Of a stretch of DNA of 64,000 bases, positions 60,790-64,000 are shown in pieces; the stretch's first letter is position 1, and each line of letters begins with the position of its first letter. A model generated the notes under the pieces. That model saw only the letters and a program-made list of their open reading frames with translations. It ran no database searches and had not been told where the DNA came from. Origin of the DNA: an uncultured Chloroflexia bacterium (lineage in GTDB: Bacteria > Chloroflexota > Chloroflexia > Thermomicrobiales > UBA6265). Made by a program: the position numbers and the translations under genes. The stretch lies in assembly GCA_963724295.1 (NCBI GenBank), contig CAVRUC010000013.1:224001-288000 (forward strand), read 5' to 3'.

Positions 60790-61914
60790 CTAGCCGTCTT
60801 GCCGTCTTGCCGTCTTGCCGTCTCCAATCGCCGCCACCCGTGCCGCGAAGGCGTCAATGGCGTCGATTCCATTCAGCACGCCGAGCTCGAGATCGTATCC
60901 GCGCGACTCGCCGGGCTGCAGAATGATCAGCTCGCCCGCCTCGCGAGCGGGAAGACGTCCCGAGGTGCGGTTGGTGCACGGCTCGATACCGACGACGTAC
61001 GTCCCCTGGCCCAGCATGCGCCAGATGAAATGCCGCGGCAACTGGTTGCGGTTGAAGACTTCATAGGCGCCGAACCCCGCCGCGCGATTGGCGATAGCGA
61101 CCGGCACCGACCCGTCGGCCTCGGCATTGACATCGTGCTCGGTCACTTGCTCGGTGTAGCCCGCGGTCGGACCATGGAATTGCCGGTAGCCCTCGACCGC
61201 GTGATCCCCGCGAGGAGTCGGGTTGCTCGCCGAAATCAGCATCTCCGCGCCATCGTCCAGGGCCGGGAAGCCAACGTTGATGTGATAGAGGTACATGTGC
61301 GGCGTCGGCGCCCAACCGGCGTTCGTCACCACGTCGTGGATCGTTAGCCGGGCCTCGCCAACCTTTGCCTCGACACGGCGGCGCAGGATCAGGTTCTCTC
61401 CGAATACCGCCGCTTGCGCGATTTCCGCTTCCGCCCAGAGGGTGCACTCGTTGCCGTCCCAACGCGCGCCATAGCCAGCGAGCTTCGCCGGCAGGTACGA
61501 GACGCGGCCGTGCAGTCCGAAGCGCTCGGTCTGCTTGGGCGGGTAGTTGTAGTGCTCGGCGGTGTCCTCGGCCATAAAGAGCGCGTGCTCCATGCCGCAG
61601 GTCGTCAGCAGTCCACCGCCGAAGCCGCGCAACCAGCCCAGATCCTCCGGCTCGTAGTACCACGGCCCGATGAACCCGGTCGCGCTCTGCCAACCGAGAG
61701 CGCGACCATCGTGCTCGCAGCGGCCGATATCCATCGCCCGATCGACCAGGACGTCGAAGCTGAACCCGGAGCCAGTGCGAAACTCGAGGACGCGCACGCC
61801 CCGCTCCAGCCCGTCGCCGTGCTCGACCAGCCGCACCCCGGCGACCTGCTCCAGTCGCCCGATGCGCTGCATCAGCTCCTCGCGCGTGAACCGCCGTCCC
61901 CAGAGCGTGGGCAT
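60790..61914 (-). CDS. Aldose 1-epimerase family protein (DUF4432-like)
   Basis: DRAMDIG, GLLTTCG, LHGR, LYHIN, GIEP; RBS AAGGAGG. Confidence 0.85.
   Translation of the reverse strand: MPTLWGRRFTREELMQRIGRLEQVAGVRLVEHGDGLERGVRVLEFRTGSGFSFDVLVDRAMDIGRCEHDGRALGWQSATGFIGPWYYEPEDLGWLRGFGGGLLTTCGMEHALFMAEDTAEHYNYPPKQTERFGLHGRVSYLPAKLAGYGARWDGNECTLWAEAEIAQAAVFGENLILRRRVEAKVGEARLTIHDVVTNAGWAPTPHMYLYHINVGFPALDDGAEMLISASNPTPRGDHAVEGYRQFHGPTAGYTEQVTEHDVNAEADGSVPVAIANRAAGFGAYEVFNRNQLPRHFIWRMLGQGTYVVGIEPCTNRTSGRLPAREAGELIILQPGESRGYDLELGVLNGIDAIDAFAARVAAIGDGKTARRQDG
60793..60823. repeat. (GCCGTCTT)x4 octamer repeat forming the gene's last codons
   Basis: GCCGTCT at 60793, 60801, 60809, 60817. Confidence 0.8.
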
Positions 61915-61933
61915 GGGATTCCTCCTTGGACGA

Positions 61934-62066
61934 AGTCGGTGAGTCGGTGAGTCGGTGAGTCGGGAGTGAAGTCCAGGGACATAGTTGGCTCAGTGATTGA
62001 CCAGACCCTCAAATTCCCGCGTCCTGATTCTACTTGCCAACTTACCGACTGGCCGACTCACCGACT
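61934..62066. repeat. Inverted octamer repeats AGTCGG(TG) x4 / CCGACT x3
   Basis: Units at 61934, 61942, 61950, 61958 and 62045, 62053, 62061. Confidence 0.82.
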
Positions 62067-62086
62067 TTCGACACGTACTGGCGCTT

Positions 62087-63838
62087 TCACGACCAGCCGA
62101 ATTGCCGCTCCAGCGCATCGGCGGTCACGTGCATGAGGAGCGGCGATCCGTGCGGGCAGACGGCCGGGGCGGCAGTCTGTCCCAGACCCTGGACAAGGGC
62201 TCGCATCGCCGGTCGATCGAGGACGCGGCCGCGACGAACCGCTGTGCGGCAGGAGAGCCGCACCAGCAGCCGCTCTTGCCACGTCTCGCCGTCGCCGGCC
62301 CGATCGGCCTCGTCGGCAACGACCGCCAGCGCCTCGGCCAGCAAGGACGGGTCGGCAAGACCGGCCAGATTCAGCGCGTCGTCGCCTCCCGGCAGGACTC
62401 CTGGTAAGTGGGGCGCGGATCGCAAGAGGAAGGCCCGCCCACCGAACTCCTCCAGCGCGAACCCGAGTGCCCCCAGCTCGGTCAGTCGCCGCTCCAGGGC
62501 CAGAGCCTGGGGAAGGCTGACCTCGACCAGCAGCGGCTCGGGCAGCACCACTGGCTCCGGGGCCGGAACTTCGCCCGTCCCAGTCGCATGGGCGGCGCGC
62601 ATCCGCTCGTAGAGAATGCGCTCGTGGGCGCGGTGCTGATCGACGAGGTAGAGTCCGGCGTCTCCTTCCAGTAGCAGGAGTCGCGCCCCGACCTGGCCGA
62701 TGAGGCGCAATACCGGCAACCCCGGGGTGACGATCGGCGAGGCATCGTCCCAGAGGCCCGGTTCTTCGGCGAGAGCCGTTTCGGCGTCGCGGGCCAGGGC
62801 CGCCGCGCCGGAGAGCGGCTCCCAGCGCAATCGCAATGGGCGGCGGCCGAGTGCATCCCGCACCAGCCCCGCCATCGCGGCGGCGATCTCTCGTTCGTCC
62901 CGCAGCCGGACCTCGAGCTTGGCGGGGTGAACGTTGACATCGACCCTTCGTGGATCGACCTCGACGGCCAGCAGCAGCACAGGGTGGCGGCCGCGCGGCA
63001 GCAGGGGCCGATAGGCCGCCTCCAGCGCCGATTGCAGGCCGCGGCCGGAGACCGGTCTCCCGTTCACGAGCAGGGTGACCCCACTACGACCGGGGCGGGT
63101 GACTTCGGCGCCCGAGATAGCGCCCTGGATGCGGGCTCCGGCGGCCTCCAGCGGTCCCAGCGCGACGAGTGACCCGGAGAGCGCGTGGCCGTGGGTCTCG
63201 GCGAGCGTCGCCAGGAGATCGTCCGACCCGGAGGTCTGCAACGCGAGCCGGTCTTCGACGTGGAGCGAGAAGCGGACGCCCGGCGCGGCCAGCGCCAACC
63301 GGCGCACGGTCCCCGCGATCTGGGTGGTCTCACCGCGTGCACTGTTGCCAGTGAAGGTCGAACGGCGAGCGGGGAGATCGGCGAAGAGCCCGCGCACGGT
63401 GACGGTAGTGCCGGCAGGTCGTGGCGCCGGCTCGTCCCGCAGCACCCGTCCCCCGCGCAGGGTCAGCCGCCAGCCAGCACCGGCGCCGGTCGCCGAGACG
63501 AGATCGAGCTCGGCCACCCCAGCGATGCTCGGCAGGGCCTCGCCGCGGAACCCGAGGGTGCGCACCGCGGCGAGCCCCTCGGCTGGGTACTTGCTGGTGG
63601 CGTGGCGCTGACAGGCGAGCCAGAGATCGGCCGCGCGAATGCCGCGCCCATCGTCGCCGACCCGGATGAGATCGAGCCCGCCGCCGCGAACGTCGATGCG
63701 TACGGCGGTCGCCCCGGCATCGATCGCGTTCTCGACCAGCTCCTTGACCACCGACGCCGGCCGCTCGATCGTCTCCCCAGCGGCGATGCCGGCCGCCACG
63801 CCAACTGGTAGCACCTTGATCGTTCCGGCAGCTGACAC
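62087..63838 (-). CDS. mutL: DNA mismatch repair protein MutL (start uncertain)
   Basis: IAAGETIERPASVVKELVENAIDAGA, RHATSK, GFRGEAL, VDVNVHPAK, DQHRAHERILYE, SCR, CPHGSP. Confidence 0.93.
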   Translation of the reverse strand: MSAAGTIKVLPVGVAAGIAAGETIERPASVVKELVENAIDAGATAVRIDVRGGGLDLIRVGDDGRGIRAADLWLACQRHATSKYPAEGLAAVRTLGFRGEALPSIAGVAELDLVSATGAGAGWRLTLRGGRVLRDEPAPRPAGTTVTVRGLFADLPARRSTFTGNSARGETTQIAGTVRRLALAAPGVRFSLHVEDRLALQTSGSDDLLATLAETHGHALSGSLVALGPLEAAGARIQGAISGAEVTRPGRSGVTLLVNGRPVSGRGLQSALEAAYRPLLPRGRHPVLLLAVEVDPRRVDVNVHPAKLEVRLRDEREIAAAMAGLVRDALGRRPLRLRWEPLSGAAALARDAETALAEEPGLWDDASPIVTPGLPVLRLIGQVGARLLLLEGDAGLYLVDQHRAHERILYERMRAAHATGTGEVPAPEPVVLPEPLLVEVSLPQALALERRLTELGALGFALEEFGGRAFLLRSAPHLPGVLPGGDDALNLAGLADPSLLAEALAVVADEADRAGDGETWQERLLVRLSCRTAVRRGRVLDRPAMRALVQGLGQTAAPAVCPHGSPLLMHVTADALERQFGWS

Positions 63839-64000
63839 GCGCTCGGTCGCTGGCGAGGACGGCTCATCGCCTCCCCCATATGGGGGAGGAACTCGAGAAG
63901 GCAGCCTCACTGTGGGTCGCATCAGTTTCCACGGGGCAAATCCGAGGTTGGCGGGCACCGGTGTTGCCGACCGAAGCCGAAAGCGCCAGACTGACTCCGG

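Overview
GC-rich bacterial chromosome segment. The proteins ('MDxxxFD-L-K' + twin-Arg leaders, 'QDATPEASP' exported proteins) suggest Chloroflexota/Thermomicrobiales; this is inference, not a database result. The window opens with the 3' half of an rRNA operon (tRNA-Ala, 23S, 5S, tRNA-fMet). Housekeeping and accessory genes follow: a family-B DNA polymerase, Lon, an osmoprotectant ABC transporter, a YqiJ/flotillin pair, pyk, a SoxR-controlled operon, RbsD with a P-type ATPase, a ketosynthase/cyclase/methyltransferase/flavoprotein cluster, an ABC-F ATPase, an ECF sigma/anti-sigma pair, an AlkZ-like glycosylase, an AbrB-PIN toxin-antitoxin pair, a split transketolase sugar operon and mutL. Most interesting: (1) the promoter-like motif CGNAAC-N17-CGTY precedes four unlinked exported-protein genes. 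Two of these share a Gly/Ala/Asn repeat and one of the two has a sortase anchor, suggesting an ECF-controlled surface/matrix system. (2) A ~192-nt rod-like ncRNA candidate (6S-like) with a near-consensus sigma70 promoter at 52584-52810. (3) An ACP-less type-II-PKS-like cluster. (4) A SoxR box driving an F420-reductase/Rieske operon. At least six genes carry single-base frameshifts that look like systematic sequencing indels. No CRISPR array, transposase or prophage was seen.
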